Assembly (NCBI GenBank): GCA_965207375.1 | Contig: CBDBMG010000002.1 | Span: 713,749 to 777,748 of the forward strand | Length of the DNA stretch: 64,000 nt | Reading direction: 5' to 3' | From: Nitrosopumilaceae archaeon | Lineage (GTDB): Archaea > Thermoproteota > Nitrososphaeria > Nitrososphaerales > Nitrosopumilaceae | Part shown: positions 12,916 to 25,280 of the stretch, one piece after another | How positions within the stretch are numbered: the stretch's first letter is position 1 | How the letters are laid out: every line of letters begins with the position of its first letter | Program-made: the position numbers and the translations under genes | Notes under the pieces: generated by a model | Database searches by the model: none | Told to the model about the DNA's origin: nothing | Seen by the model: only the letters and a program-made list of their open reading frames with translations

Positions 12916-13198
12916 TCATATCATATCACCATCATAAATTATATCAGGATATATATTGTAATGGTAGTAATTAACTATATAATCATAGTGGTTGTAATTG
13001 TATGGTTCTGTGGTTTTGTATCCATTATCATTGTTAGTCTATTTTTAGTCTATTGTTGTACCTCTTTGTTATATGTATATTGTAAGCCATTGTATCAGTA
13101 TTGTATTATTGTGCATATATTAAGAGTGTTGTTACAATACATATACATTTATTCATATTCTGTATATTACACATCACTAGACATGATTATACAGTACC

Positions 13199-13648
13199 TA
13201 GTCTCACGTGGCCAAATTTCTAATCACTATATGTGATACTCAGAAAACAGTTTGGCGCATGGCATTACATGTTTTTATGTTCTGGCCTCCCATAGAATTC
13301 ACAAAACACGTAAAGGGTTAATACATCAACAGGCAGTTACATAGACTCAGTGAATCCGTTACATAACACGTGGTTGAAATGAAAAGCTATTTCGTACGTG
13401 AAAGTGCCTGAAGTGATGTGATGGATAAGCAAGTAATCACCTCAGGTTCTATTTCTTGAAACAATCTTCTGAGTCATTTTACATGCAAATAATGTAACCC
13501 AAACATTATTATGTGTGCAAGCATGTTAACACCTTTATGTGTTTCATTAATTTCAGTCCCAAGAATTCCATTGACGCCAGAATAAACACACGTAAAGCCG
13601 TTTTCGAGACCTTATTCTGAGGGATAACGGCCTGGCTACGCGGAACTA
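13199..13648. mobile_element. Degenerate TIR element (TAGTCTC...ACTA)
   Basis: TAGTCTCACGTGGCCA / TGGCTACGCGGAACTA with internal inverted segments. An inverted homolog of ~13523-13612 lies at ~22218-22310. Confidence 0.5.
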
Positions 13649-13649
13649 T

Positions 13650-14256
13650 ATAATACCACCATCCCTCGACCATTATATATCACGAAAAGTTTAATCTAAC
13701 ACTTCACACTCACCTTGTTCTGTAAAGGCTTACCTTTCTGTCGCTACTATCATAGAGTATCTATGACAAAACAAATTAATCTATATTTAAACTATAAGAA
13801 CAAACCTCAAACCTGTTCTCCTTGTCCTGGAAACCGGAAAAACATTTTCAGATCCACTGTAACAGCTAACAACCTGCGCAAAAATGGCACGTCTACTGAC
13901 TACAGCTCGGACTACGGACTGCAACTCAACGTTAGTCTCGCCGTGGGCATACCGCTTTTTTCCGTTTATTTGTGGTGGCGGGATCTGGCCACGTGAGACT
14001 CCGTGCCATTTTGCGCAGTTGTTGGGTGTTACAATGGATCTGAAAGTGTGCTTTTCAGGTTTCCAGGACAAGGAGAACAGGTTTGTTCGTAGATTATATT
14101 TATTTGTTAGATTTTTGTTTTTATAGAAGCATAGATACCGAGATAGATACTTAATCATACTCTATGATAGTAGCGATAGAAGGTAAGCCTTTACAGAGCA
14201 AGGTGAGTAGATTAAACTTTTCGTGATACATTATGGTCGAGCGATGGTGATATTAT
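13650..14256. mobile_element. Fold-back MITE with ~240-bp arms
   Basis: 13650-13891 is the imperfect reverse complement of 14002-14256, with a ~110-bp spacer. Confidence 0.85.
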
Positions 14257-14331
14257 CTTAGAAAATGGTATTTTAGCATTGCTTTGAAGTGCAAGGTGTC
14301 TTATTTACAAAGACAAGTCTCTTATTTACTA

Positions 14332-14810
14332 CGAGGGGTCAGTAACGAAACAAAATCGTCAACGAAATTTGAGTTTAAATTTCTATGAATTTCAAAGTTC
14401 AAGCTAAAATTTCCCTGACAAATTTCAAACTCAAAAATTTAATAATTGAAGCACTCGTTGAATCAACTCCCGGATATCCTGCAGTTTGATTATTCTGAAG
14501 GTTAGCCATTAGTTTATAGTCTATATGTGTAGGTTTTCTGTTTCTTAAAGTAGCCTGGTCATAGAATTTACTAGTTTTTCTTTACTTATGCCATTTCCTT
14601 GGCCATTTCAGCCGGTGTAGGTTGTGTGGCGAGCTGTGTGGCTTTAGCTAGTTTGTTTCTCTTGTCAATGATTCTACAAGGTTTCCGAAGGACACCTGGA
14701 GCTAGATTCGGCCGAGTGAAAGTTAGACTGAGTATCAAATTTCGAATTCAAATTTCAGAACTAAATTTCTGCTGGCGTCAACGAAATTTCACCACATTAC
14801 TGACCCCTCA
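14332..14810. mobile_element. MITE with 8-bp TSD (hAT- or P-like)
   Basis: GAGGGGTCAGTAA/TTACTGACCCCTC TIR; ATTTACTA at 14324-14331 and 14811-14818. Confidence 0.8.
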
Positions 14811-15153
14811 ATTTACTAAGACACTTGTTGACACTGGCTGACCACACAGGGTATTAGCATAATTAGTGCTGCCTATGCACAATCTATGCAGTCAATTATC
14901 AAAGCATTTTTACAACACTTTGAAATTAAATTGTCTTATTAATCGCTACTAAAGGTAGTTCTTGGCCATCCACTTCAGCCATTAACAATATTTGAGCCAT
15001 TAGTGATTTGCGAGCCATTAGTAGTGATTTGTGTGATATGCGATAATCCGACCGTACACTGCGATAGCTTAGCTACTGTGGATTAACACCTCTCAGACAG
15101 GCTGCTAGATTAATCATCAGGTCATTACGTTCTACAAATTCTATCTAAACAAT

Positions 15154-15716
15154 AGACTCTTTCCAAAACTACGCCCACCAGGAAAACCCCACGGACGCCA
15201 TTTTGAATGGGGCCAATTAATATTATTACATTGAAATTCCGTATAATTGTTGTGTTCCTGTTAGCCTTTGAAAAGGGTATAGAAGCCTAATGTTGACATT
15301 AAAGACAAGATTTCATATGTTTTGCAAGTGCCATAAGCGAATTAGGGCGAAACGATGATTACGCTAGTCGGGTTGGTATGTCGCTTATTTGTTAGCTTGT
15401 AGTAGCTACAAGGGCTTTTAACACGAAAACAAGTTGTACAACAACGTAAATACAACTGTGTAGCATATTTTCTCTTCATACTAAAGCTTTTAGCTTATTA
15501 ATATGCACATAATATCCGAAAAATCAACGTCGCAGCATTAAGGCATTCCATGGTAACGATTAGCCTAGGAAGACACTAGTATGGCTGACTTTGACTGCTT
15601 TTGTCAGTTCACTGGCCATACGGTTGATTTTACCATACAATGGCTAACATTGTGGCCCCATTCAAAATGGCGGAACAAATGTTACTATGACAATTACGTA
15701 TTTTTGGAAAGAGTCT
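15154..15716. mobile_element. Non-autonomous ISL2EU-like MITE
   Basis: AT|AGACTCTTTCCAAAA...TTTTGGAAAGAGTCT|AT, plus an inner IR CGCCATTTTGAATGGGGCCA. Same AT|AGAC ends as 41344-43962. Confidence 0.75.
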
Positions 15717-16437
15717 ATAGGCTTGTGTTGTGTCTGGGACGGCCAACTGAGCTTCTGTGGCTTGCCTTGGTTCTTATGCACTAAACGGGGTAGCAAGCTG
15801 ACCGGGTTGAGCCAATTTTTTTGGGCCCACTTTCAACTTAGAAAATTTTTTGTTAAATAATTTTCTTTTTGATAATTAAAAATTGTTGAATAATACGGTA
15901 CTATGAAAGTGTGCTGTTTACCGCACGTGACGTATAGCGTTATCTAGAAGGTATTAACTTTCTTCAGCGATGGACCACGTGTCTCGCTTTGGCCGAACAG
16001 TTCGTTGCTGATTAAGTGTATGCAGTGTGGATTCTTCGTTAGATTTCTTCGTCATTACAAGCCTTGAGAATAAGTGATGTTAGGTGGGCGTAAATTAGAA
16101 CTTGGAGAGAATATTTATCTGTGTTGAAATATTATACTGTGTTGGCTAATCAGTTAGAGAGTTTCTGTTGTGTGATACTTGTTGAGCTAGTTAGCTAGTT
16201 TCTGTGTATGTCTTTAGTTTTACATAGTAATAGATAATAGCCTACATGGTTATTGCATAAAACTTATGATTGTATGATGAATGATATAACTAGTATGATC
16301 CACTAACACAGTGTATTGCTACCACTTTCCTGCATTTTGGGTCCCGCTGATTATGCTTTTCTGTAAAGAGTGCTGCCGCTTTCCTTTAGGAGTTTTTCTT
16401 GCTGGAATTTCATGGACATCAGTGTAAGTAGCAAGTT

Positions 16438-18778
16438 TCATTCCTTTAGGCCTTCCTTGGAGTGCTTTTTCTTTTCCTCTAGATATTGCTCCCCTTCGCC
16501 TTCCGCGCTCTTTGCATTAATAGCAATTCTTCTCCCACGACGAAAATGCCCTCCTTGACTACTACTGGTACTACCACCAAATACCCAACCAAACCTGTGT
16601 AGTGCACCGATAATGTTGGAATGCAATTAACACTAGGCACCCCATGGTGTTTTACAATAGCTGCTTGGTGTGAACATGGTGAGCCATCTTGCCCACCCAT
16701 GCAACTACAAATTCCAATACTCATGTCCACAAAATACTTTACACCCCTTTCTGTTTGATTTTCTACCAAGTAAGTTTGGTCATCCTTGTCCAAAATTGAA
16801 ATCTGGTCAACAGCTATGCCTGAACATTTCATTCCTTGATACTTAATGGAAATGTAGCGGTCAACTCTGTTGTGGGCAACACTTAAGAGCTTCCTTGAAT
16901 AGTACATCTCCAGGCATTCTGTTATAAAACTGAACATTTGAACAATATTATAGGCCTTAACCCAATTAAAGACTAAATCTTTGACAATTCTAATACCAGC
17001 TTCTGCGTAATTGTTGGTGTGATTTCCCCTGACCAGCAAATGCTTTCTGTAACAAATAGCCCACACCTTTCTTTGACCCCAGTGGGATTCAATATATGCT
17101 GAATACTAGGGATATTTCTTTACCAATTCACACTTAAATTCATCATACAAACTAATAGCTTACTTTCTGTAGCTGCATACACCAGCTTCTTGGTTTTTAG
17201 CATTAGAAGTTGGCGGTCCTCATTGCGGATGCGATTCTGGCCAGTATGCAACCATGTCCATTTGCTTTGCAAAAAATGGAATGTGCAGAGCAATAGCCAT
17301 GTATCTGGCCAAACCTTTTGTAAGGCATTTCTTTCTGCACTGCAGTCATCGGTCATTACAATTGCAGGCCCTCTGTCAGAACCACAACCGTAAAATGCAT
17401 TTTCTGGCACCACACCCTTGATCATTTCTAACCCTTGCTTTATGGTACTTTCCTGTTCATCAGATGTTATCATTGCAGCTAAAGGAAGCCCACCTATAGG
17501 ATAAGATGTAGAGAAAATAAAAAGCGATGTGTTGAAGCGGTCTAGAGATGACGTGCTATCGCAGAATACCATTTCTGATGCCTATCTTATGTGTTGGTGT
17601 ACTCTACTCATCAAAGGAGTGCAAATTATTAGTATCATTAGTTGCTCTGTTTGTATCTTTTTAGCTTTCTTTGGTTTAGGAGCAGCATCACCATCTGCTT
17701 CTGAATCAGAATCAGGGCTTACAGTAGGCAAGCCTTTAAAGATTTGTAGTGTTGCTTTCCCCCCATCAGTAGAATAGGCATCATTATACGCAGCTATCTC
17801 ATTGTTTAGCTAATCAAAGAGTGGTTTACCTTGATCTGGTCCTAGATCTTTTTTTCGCCACTCGTCATACAATCGGTAGAAATCAGCTTTGGTTGGATTG
17901 ATATTCCTATCTGCTAACAGTAACTGATTCTCTTCATGCTCCAACAACAATTTGGTCTCATGCCAGTGATGGGCCGATGATGCTCTATGACCCTTCAAAA
18001 AATAATCAAAGATTTGATTACGGGTTTCTTTAGCAATAGGCCTAAACGAAAGCGCATGTGCAGATTCAACAGGATGATTATGCGTAAATGATATGGCTAG
18101 AACAGTGGGGTGTGTAACAAGAAAAGGTAATCTGTTTGATGAAAATTTGTCATGCTTGGTTGGTATGTTTACAGTAAGTTTCACTATAGATGGACATTCG
18201 GTCTTCTTGTTGCGTACATCATGCATCAATGCTTTCCTTGCATTTTTACACCTAGCAAAGGCACTTTGGCTCTGCTGCCTTGGTATAAGGCTCTTTTTAA
18301 AATGCTGGCAATGCATTTCTGCTTTGAACATAACACGCTTCAATCCTGGTGCTCTTCCTTTGGTATGGCGATATGTACATTTGCTATGATCCATCATTTG
18401 CTCCAGCCACGATTGAGCCTCTTCTTTACTGTGTATATTAATGTGAAACAGTAGCCTCGAATGCATGACTTGGGGCACCAGAAAAAGTATAGGTTGGTGC
18501 TTGAGTAAAACTAGTTACTACATATGTTAGGCTCTTTCCATTAGGAAGAACACTTTGTAAAGAAGCGCAAAGATCTTCCCACGGCAAAACAGTACCGATG
18601 CCTACATCTGGCTCTGTTTCTGTTGATAAGGGAGAAGTGTCAGCTTCAACTTCACATTCTTTGCCTATGTCTTCATTTGTGGACTGAATCAAATTGTTTT
18701 CAGGTATCTCATCTGCTACACCCACATATTTTGATACCATGATGCTAGCAGAATGATCTATTTCTAATGCCTCATCCT
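16438..18778 (-). pseudogene. MULE transposase with SWIM finger (large exon; stops and frameshifts)
   Basis: H(T)HNH zinc-ribbon end; FCDSTS, MTDDCSAERNAL..WP..LLCTFH, TNNYAEA (D, D, CxxH, E); SWIM CSC..G.PCSH. Confidence 0.88.
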
Positions 18779-19849
18779 CTATGGATTAAAATGCAGTGAC
18801 ATTACATTCCCCATGGTTTATTGTACCTTTACTGGCCAAACACTGATCTGACAAACTAGTTACTTTTGAACTATCCAAAATGCTACCTGTGTTGTGTGAA
18901 ACCTGAATTGAACAATTCTCCACTTCATTTGCAATATGCAATCGAATACCATTCATATCACTCTAAAAGGATACCAGTAATAAAATTGGCTATGTATTAT
19001 GTGTATACCTGAGAGAAATGCAGCAGTATACACCTTGCATACTATATAATAGAATTATAATTAATAATATAAAATTTACAAATATGATTTGTGCACCAAC
19101 CTGCATAATAAACACTCCACAGTCAGTATCAGTAAGCTGTCGAGGGATATCCTGCAAAAACAGTTGATCATTTTCTTACAAATGCTTAACTACCTTTTCA
19201 TGAATAAACTGCCATTCTTGCCATGGGAAGGGCAATAATCCCTGTGATTGTGTTTCCTCATCAAGAAACTTTTTGTAATTTTTAATAAATTATACATAAC
19301 ATATTGTATAATATTTGATCTTTTGCTTTGGCTTGTTGCCATTTCATTGAACAATTATCTACTTGTTTATGGAGGCATAATTCCCGTATGTTTCTACACC
19401 TCTTCAGTTTGTTGGCTGTCAGCCCTCTGTGGGAGCTGAACCCTGAAGTGGACTCTCCCGCCCATGGTTTTAGCCATTGGGCTTGTGATTATTTTATTTA
19501 CATTTTCCCTGGTGGTTTTTGCCACTCTGAGCTACCAGGATGATTTTATTATGACTTATGAAAATTGATGAGCCTAGCTCACCATATCACTATGACGATG
19601 TTGTTGAAGAATAGTCAATAAGTGTACAGTTTGTCCTAATGCTCTTACTGATAAGGTGAAGGAGGCTGATAAACAAGAGGGGTAGTCAGAAGCAGTTCTT
19701 GTCATTATCAGAGGATGATTTTGTAACAATTTTTGATCACAAGTCTTTTAAATTGTAATAATTGTATAAATCTTTAAAAAACTATAACAAATTGTTATAT
19801 ATTTATCTTTTGTATCTATTTTACATTTAATTTGCAATACATTTGTATT

Positions 19850-20792
19850 ATTAAGTACGATAGTGCTTAATAGTAGGGATTGGTAGGAAATCATATGGCT
19901 TCCGGAAAATTTCACGCTTTAAAAATCAACCTTGCAATAGGCTTTACCCGAAAAAACCGGCTGGAATGCATTGGTAAGGCTGTAATGATGCTGTACCTTG
20001 GTTAACGAAGCGACAAGTCGAATATTTCGACCTACAGCCAACTTTGAAAATTTCGAAATTTACCTGTATTTCGTCTGCCAGCCGGACGGACGGCCAGCCT
20101 GCCGTAAGACCCGGTTGCACTGGGTGTAGGGCTCCAGAAATTTCACACAATAAAGGTAATGGCGGCAGATTTACGAAAATGTTGTTCCGAAGACGATTTA
20201 CCCACTGTGCGCCATGGTGATTCCTTTTATCCTTCTTCCCTTCCTTGTTCTTCTATATTCCTTTAGTAAGGTGCGAATCTCACCGAAGGTGACAATAGCC
20301 TGTAACGGCTTCTGCTTATTACGTCACACAAAAGCCTGGCTTGCACGTGATATAATCAGTTTAATACAGTGGCACGATGTTTTCGCGAAGCATAATTATT
20401 ACGTAAGCGCCTGTAACATTTTGTGCGCCTGGTGAAAGATTATTATGAATGCTTAGCATGTATAAAAAGCAAACAAACTAGAATGATAAAAAATAAAAAA
20501 TTTAAAAGGTAAGTAGGGATTGAATTCAATAGTGCTACAAAAAGTAAGGAAACAAGGAATAAGATTTTGGGACGAGAGAACATTCTGGCATGAGATAATT
20601 TATAAAAGTTTAATCCCTACTTTGGCAAACTTACTAAAGTTTGCCAAAGTAGGGATTAAACTTTTATAAATTATCTCATGCCAGAATGTTCTCTCGTCCC
20701 AAAATCTTATTCCTTGTTTCCTTACTTTTTGTAGCACTATTGAATTCAATCCCTACTTACCTTTTAAATTTTTTATTTTTTATCATTCTAGT
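19850..20792 (-). mobile_element. HINE-like element family B, copy 1, in a MULE intron
   Basis: Minus strand: 5' subTIR AGTAGGGAT, internal inverted ATCCCTACT, short GTCC-type repeat, 3' ATCCCTACT plus stem-loop ATTAAG..CTTAAT. Second copy at 31362-31669 plus 39768-40554. Confidence 0.72.
20477..20792. repeat. Perfect palindrome, 156-bp arms, 4-nt loop
   Basis: 20477-20632 is the reverse complement of 20637-20792; loop ACTA. Confidence 0.95.
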
Positions 20793-21576
20793 ATACATTA
20801 CATTTTGTATATATTTAATCTATTTTACATTTTATATTTTAATCCATCCAATCCACCTCAATGATGATCCAAGACATCAATCACAATAATATTAACACGT
20901 ATTTTGTACATTAATACCTGATCGTATCTGATCCAAAGTAGACACAATTGTCTGGTATGAGTGAGTCATAATACCTCATGGTCTTGGTTTTTGGGGTGAC
21001 AACCTAACGCAAGACGGTATACAAGTTAACGTACGTACATAGATAAAAGTTGTTGCTTGTACCATTAGTGTCCAATGATTGTATCCATAATTTAGATACC
21101 ACAAAATCACATCAGCTCCAACTACATCCTAAATATGTCAAAGGTAATTGTAGCTAAATCACATATATTTACATACCTTCCGAGTTTTCCAACACCGGGT
21201 TGCTTCTTTGTGCCCTTTAGTAATGAAAGAGTCAAAATACTGACTTGATATAACTTCTACATTGGTTCCATATTTCTAAAAATAATATAATATGCTTTTA
21301 AACAATTCAAAGAGCTAGTAAGTTGGCACGTAGACATGCACACATGAATCAACAAAGGCATAAATCAACAATAGCATAATAATAATCATCAAATCTCACC
21401 CTTTTAGCTTCTGCAGCCAGTAACTTCAAATACACTCCAATCACCTGTCGACAAGGATGCACAATTACTGTAACCATGTGAAATCTGATTTACTTACAGA
21501 GATCAATATGTTAAAAGGAATGACAAACATTGTATTATGTCTGTTACCACTAATTTATCTTTGAAACAATTTCTTT

Positions 21577-21785
21577 ATGCACCTATAACACCACATCCCC
21601 TCGGCAGTAGGTGGCAGGAAAATGTTATCCCACTATGGGGCACTGACAATTTTTCATTAAGCGCCAAAGTAATTTTGTGCAACTTTAATACTATTCAACT
21701 GGATTTGACACAATAGGTGTATTTCACTATGGAGCATTTGTCAATTTCCCACATATTCCCGAGTGGGTGCAACTGATAGGTGCAT
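21577..21785. mobile_element. Small MITE in a MULE intron
   Basis: ATGCACCTAT...ATAGGTGCAT termini with internal imperfect symmetry. Confidence 0.6.
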
Positions 21786-22907
21786 GATTAAGCCTGATAG
21801 CTTTCAGTGCTGGCACTTAGCCAACAGGTACTTACATAATCTGAGACGCAACGTCCTTCTCTTAAGCTAAATAAGTCCGCTTGCCTCGCCATTGCATGGA
21901 CAGACGTATTATCCACAGTAATCTTCACGCTCAACACTCCAGTAACTCCGCTGGGCCGAAAGTGTCAATCCAAGTCTTGGGAGACTCTTGTCAAAGAGTA
22001 GCCAATCCCCTTACAAGCCGAACAGTAGAGTTGAAATAGAGTCAATGCGAGCTGAGTGTCCACACTTAAATTTGCGCGCGAGCGATGACGCTATACGTCA
22101 CGTGCGGTAAACAGCACGCTTTCATAGTACCGTATTAATCAACAATTTTTAATTATCAAAAAGAAAATTATTTAATAAAAAATTTTCTTGAAAGTGAGCC
22201 CAAAAAATTGGCCGTTATGGTCTCGAAAATGGCTTTACATGTTTTTGTTTTGGCCTCCATGGAATTCTTGGGACTGAAATTAATGAAACACGTAAAGGTG
22301 TTAACACATAATAACAAGAGTCCATAATAGAGAGGAGAGTATCTAACTTCTATATACACTATCAAAAATGAGCCCATTAAGTAGACTACTTTTATCTCGT
22401 TTATCTGAGGGGTCCGCCACTTCCCAAAACCTTGTACGAGATTTCGAAATCACTGATTTCACTGAAATCACTGTGATTTCAGTGATTTCTTGTGATTTCA
22501 CTTTCTTCTTCTGGGAAGGCTGGGATCGAGATACGAGAGATATAGCTAGATTAGCTACATGGTTAAACTAACTGATATATTTGCTACTATATTTAGTAAT
22601 ACGTAGATGCAGTCTGCCAACTAACTTCACTTTTGCCTGAATTGTTCCTTTCGAGCCTCTCTCGCTTCATGCTAGCCTCCCCGTCACCAATGCTGAGATA
22701 ATGTGTGTGTAACTGTCTGGGAAAGCGATTCTGACAGAAAAACGGAGCAAGCAGGAGTTACAGCAGCTTAACTCGAAAATTACAAGAAGTTTTGAAACTT
22801 CTGATTTTAATGTGAGCAATCAAGGGAGTCAGTTCAAGAACACATTGTATTAAGCCTCTCATGAAGATCTTTGAGTGTGGATTTCTGTGGTACGTACCTT
22901 TCTAGCT

Positions 22908-22983
<76 letters not shown>

Positions 22984-23041
22984 CTCTATATTGTCTTCAT
23001 ATTAATTAACATTCTACACAACAACTGATATAATCTTGTAG

Positions 23042-23580
23042 TCATAAACTTGCACAATTCATGCAGTACCATTCTTCATCTGCTATAATTGAGGGTACTA
23101 TTGATTTGATATAGTCTATGTGAAACCATTCCAGACATTTGTTGCAACAGATCATCTTTCCCATGTCAGTTAGTCGGCAGTTACAAAACACTTTGCAAGT
23201 TAACACCTTCACTACAGAATTAACTGGTTTTCTTTTCTTGTTAATGGGAAAAGTGGATATGATTTTCTTTTCAAAGATTTCTACCAGATGAGGTCTCATA
23301 TCATCTTGATTGATTACAATTGTTGTGGGATCTTTCCCAAAAGCTAAATAGGCCAGTTTGGGCATTGCGTAGAGTGCACAGTCAACTGATCCAGCTTGCT
23401 TTAAAGTATTCATAACCTTCACTGTGAAAGTTTTTTGATCAGTACGAATTAATTGTGCAAGGACATCAAGTGTTTCAGCTGAAACAATGGAATAGGTTGA
23501 ATCATAGAAGTGCACTTCATTTGAAAATAACTGGCATGCCACCCAAAAAAACATGTAGGAATGGGCTGGTGTCTAAAACA
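23042..23580 (-). pseudogene. Ulp1-like protease plus PHD finger fragment (likely transposon cargo)
   Basis: WVA..VHFYDS..KQAGSVDCALYA..QDDMRPHL, then FCNCR..MICCNKCLEWFH..WYCMNC. The catalytic His position and one PHD Cys are degraded. Confidence 0.7.
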
Positions 23581-23915
23581 ACTTTCATTAGGATACTCAT
23601 TGTTTACAATCTCTTCCAGCCAGGGATTCATCATTTATCTCAGCAAGCACATCCAGAGTATCGTAGCCTGTTGCCATAAAGCAATTTACAATATAAGAAG
23701 GAAGCATCTTCTTCATAAACAAATAAGCTTCATTTGTAAGTATAGATGGCACAGATAACTGATGCTCCATATATGGTTGTTAGGGTTGTTCACCATACAA
23801 AGATATACCAGCACACTAACATTCCGTGCTTGTTGTCTTGACAATATCAAAGGTTAACCGGATCCTTTAAAGGTACAAAAAGTTCTTTAAAGTTACAAAA
23901 GGTGAAGTAGATATT

Positions 23916-24524
23916 CTAAGGTAGTTTAGGCCTGCCGAAAGATTCTTTAATGGGCAATTCAGACATCCTCGATATGGCTAGCTCATTGTATTCTGCCACG
24001 TGATGGTATTGCAAATGTACTATCATGTTCGTTGTGTTACCTTTGTAGGATAATGAACACTTGCATATTTTACAAAACACTTCTTTGCGAAGACGCTTAT
24101 CCTTCTCCACAAACTTGCCCATGTGCACAGGAAATCTAGACACGGCTTTTTGCCTTTTCCAAAGGTAGAAACTCGAGGGGATTGTTTGCAATTTCTTTCA
24201 ACGTTCCTTCTATGACTTCGATTCCACCATCCTCTTCATCGTCGTCTATGAACTCATGGAAATCTTCATTTTCATTCAGTTCGTTATCACTTGAAACTCC
24301 CACTTCATGGTTTGACAACAAAGCAAAGCTTTCATCAATAATACAGTCGTCATTTTCCAGGTCGTTTCCTGTACACGTTGAACTTTCAATAGTTGCCATT
24401 TTAAATTAAACAATATGCGCATGCGTTGATATGATTATCGCGATAATATTAAAGTATTTTATCGTTATCGAATAATTGCTTTGCTTCACAATAATTGGTT
24501 TATCGGCATTATTGCACAGCACTA
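23916..24524 (-). mobile_element. 5' fragment of a hAT element (terminus plus BED zinc finger pseudogene)
   Basis: Minus-strand end TAGTGCTGTGCAATAATGCCGATAA at 24524; acidic N-terminus, then KAKSRV*..VFCKICKCSLSYKGNTTNMIVHLQYHH. Confidence 0.75.
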
Positions 24525-25084
24525 TACTAGAGTTGAGTGGTATCACAAAAATGGAGACGGTACGTATACGGTACAGTTTTAAATATTACGAAGCAGTTGC
24601 ATAGACAATAGCTACGTAGATGCTTGAGTGAGGTGAATTGAACTATACACTACGATGGCTGGCCTCATCACGTGACAAGTTATTTCATATGAAATCACTC
24701 ATAAACAGACAAATTTTATTATATAGTATATGAAAATAACTGAAAAGTATTCCAAAAGTTGATCTTTACAGCCTTAGATGAAATTCCTTGTGAGTGGTAG
24801 CACTGCAGTACAGATGAGCTTAAGGACTGCTACTGAAGTATCTATAAGAAAACATTTATAAACAGTAAGCTAAACACCCTCTTATTTACTTACCTGTGCT
24901 GTTCTTGTTATCGAACAGTATTCTCACTATAGTCTGTAACAATATGCGCCACTAGTTACATAATAAGATTTGATAGTGTGCGCTATTAAAGCGATGCTTA
25001 CGTGATAGTTTAACAACAGACCACGCTGGTTGCTTATACAGTTGTGGCAGTATACTTATAAGTTAAACTGCTACTGAATAATAC

Positions 25085-25280
25085 ATGTGTAAATTTGCAC
25101 ATGCGTGTTCTTCCACGTGTGTGCTTCCATGCATGTACTTCCACATGTGTGCTTCCACGTGTGTGGTTCCACGTGTGTGGTTCCACGAGGCATGTATATT
25201 ACATGCTATGGGGAAACATGGTCCACTCAAACACGTGACGGGGATTCAATGTGGATTTCTTGTGGTACCACGCGTGTAGA
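25085..25280. repeat. ~13-bp TTCCACGTGTGTG tandem repeats
   Basis: Five or six degenerate tandem units at ~25110-25190. Confidence 0.8.

Larger units (their letters stand above)
18827..21950 (-). pseudogene. Multi-exon Ulp1/SENP (peptidase C48) domain upstream of the MULE transposase
   Basis: GT-AG exons: ..DLFSLREGRCVSDY (to 21836); VIGVYLKLL (21444-21400); KYGTNVEVISSQYF..RCWK (21275-21177); ..YNHWTLM (21128-21063); ..RYYDSL (21003-20918); FLDEE..W (~19270-19194); DIPRQLTDTDCGVFIMQ (19151-19101); SDMNGIRLHIANE (18963-18827). Confidence 0.8.
15811..22212 (-). mobile_element. Mutator-like (MULE) transposon with ~130-bp TIRs, decayed, with nested elements
   Basis: 15811-15944 is the reverse complement of 22084-22212; encloses the MULE/SWIM transposase. 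No TSD identified. Confidence 0.85.
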
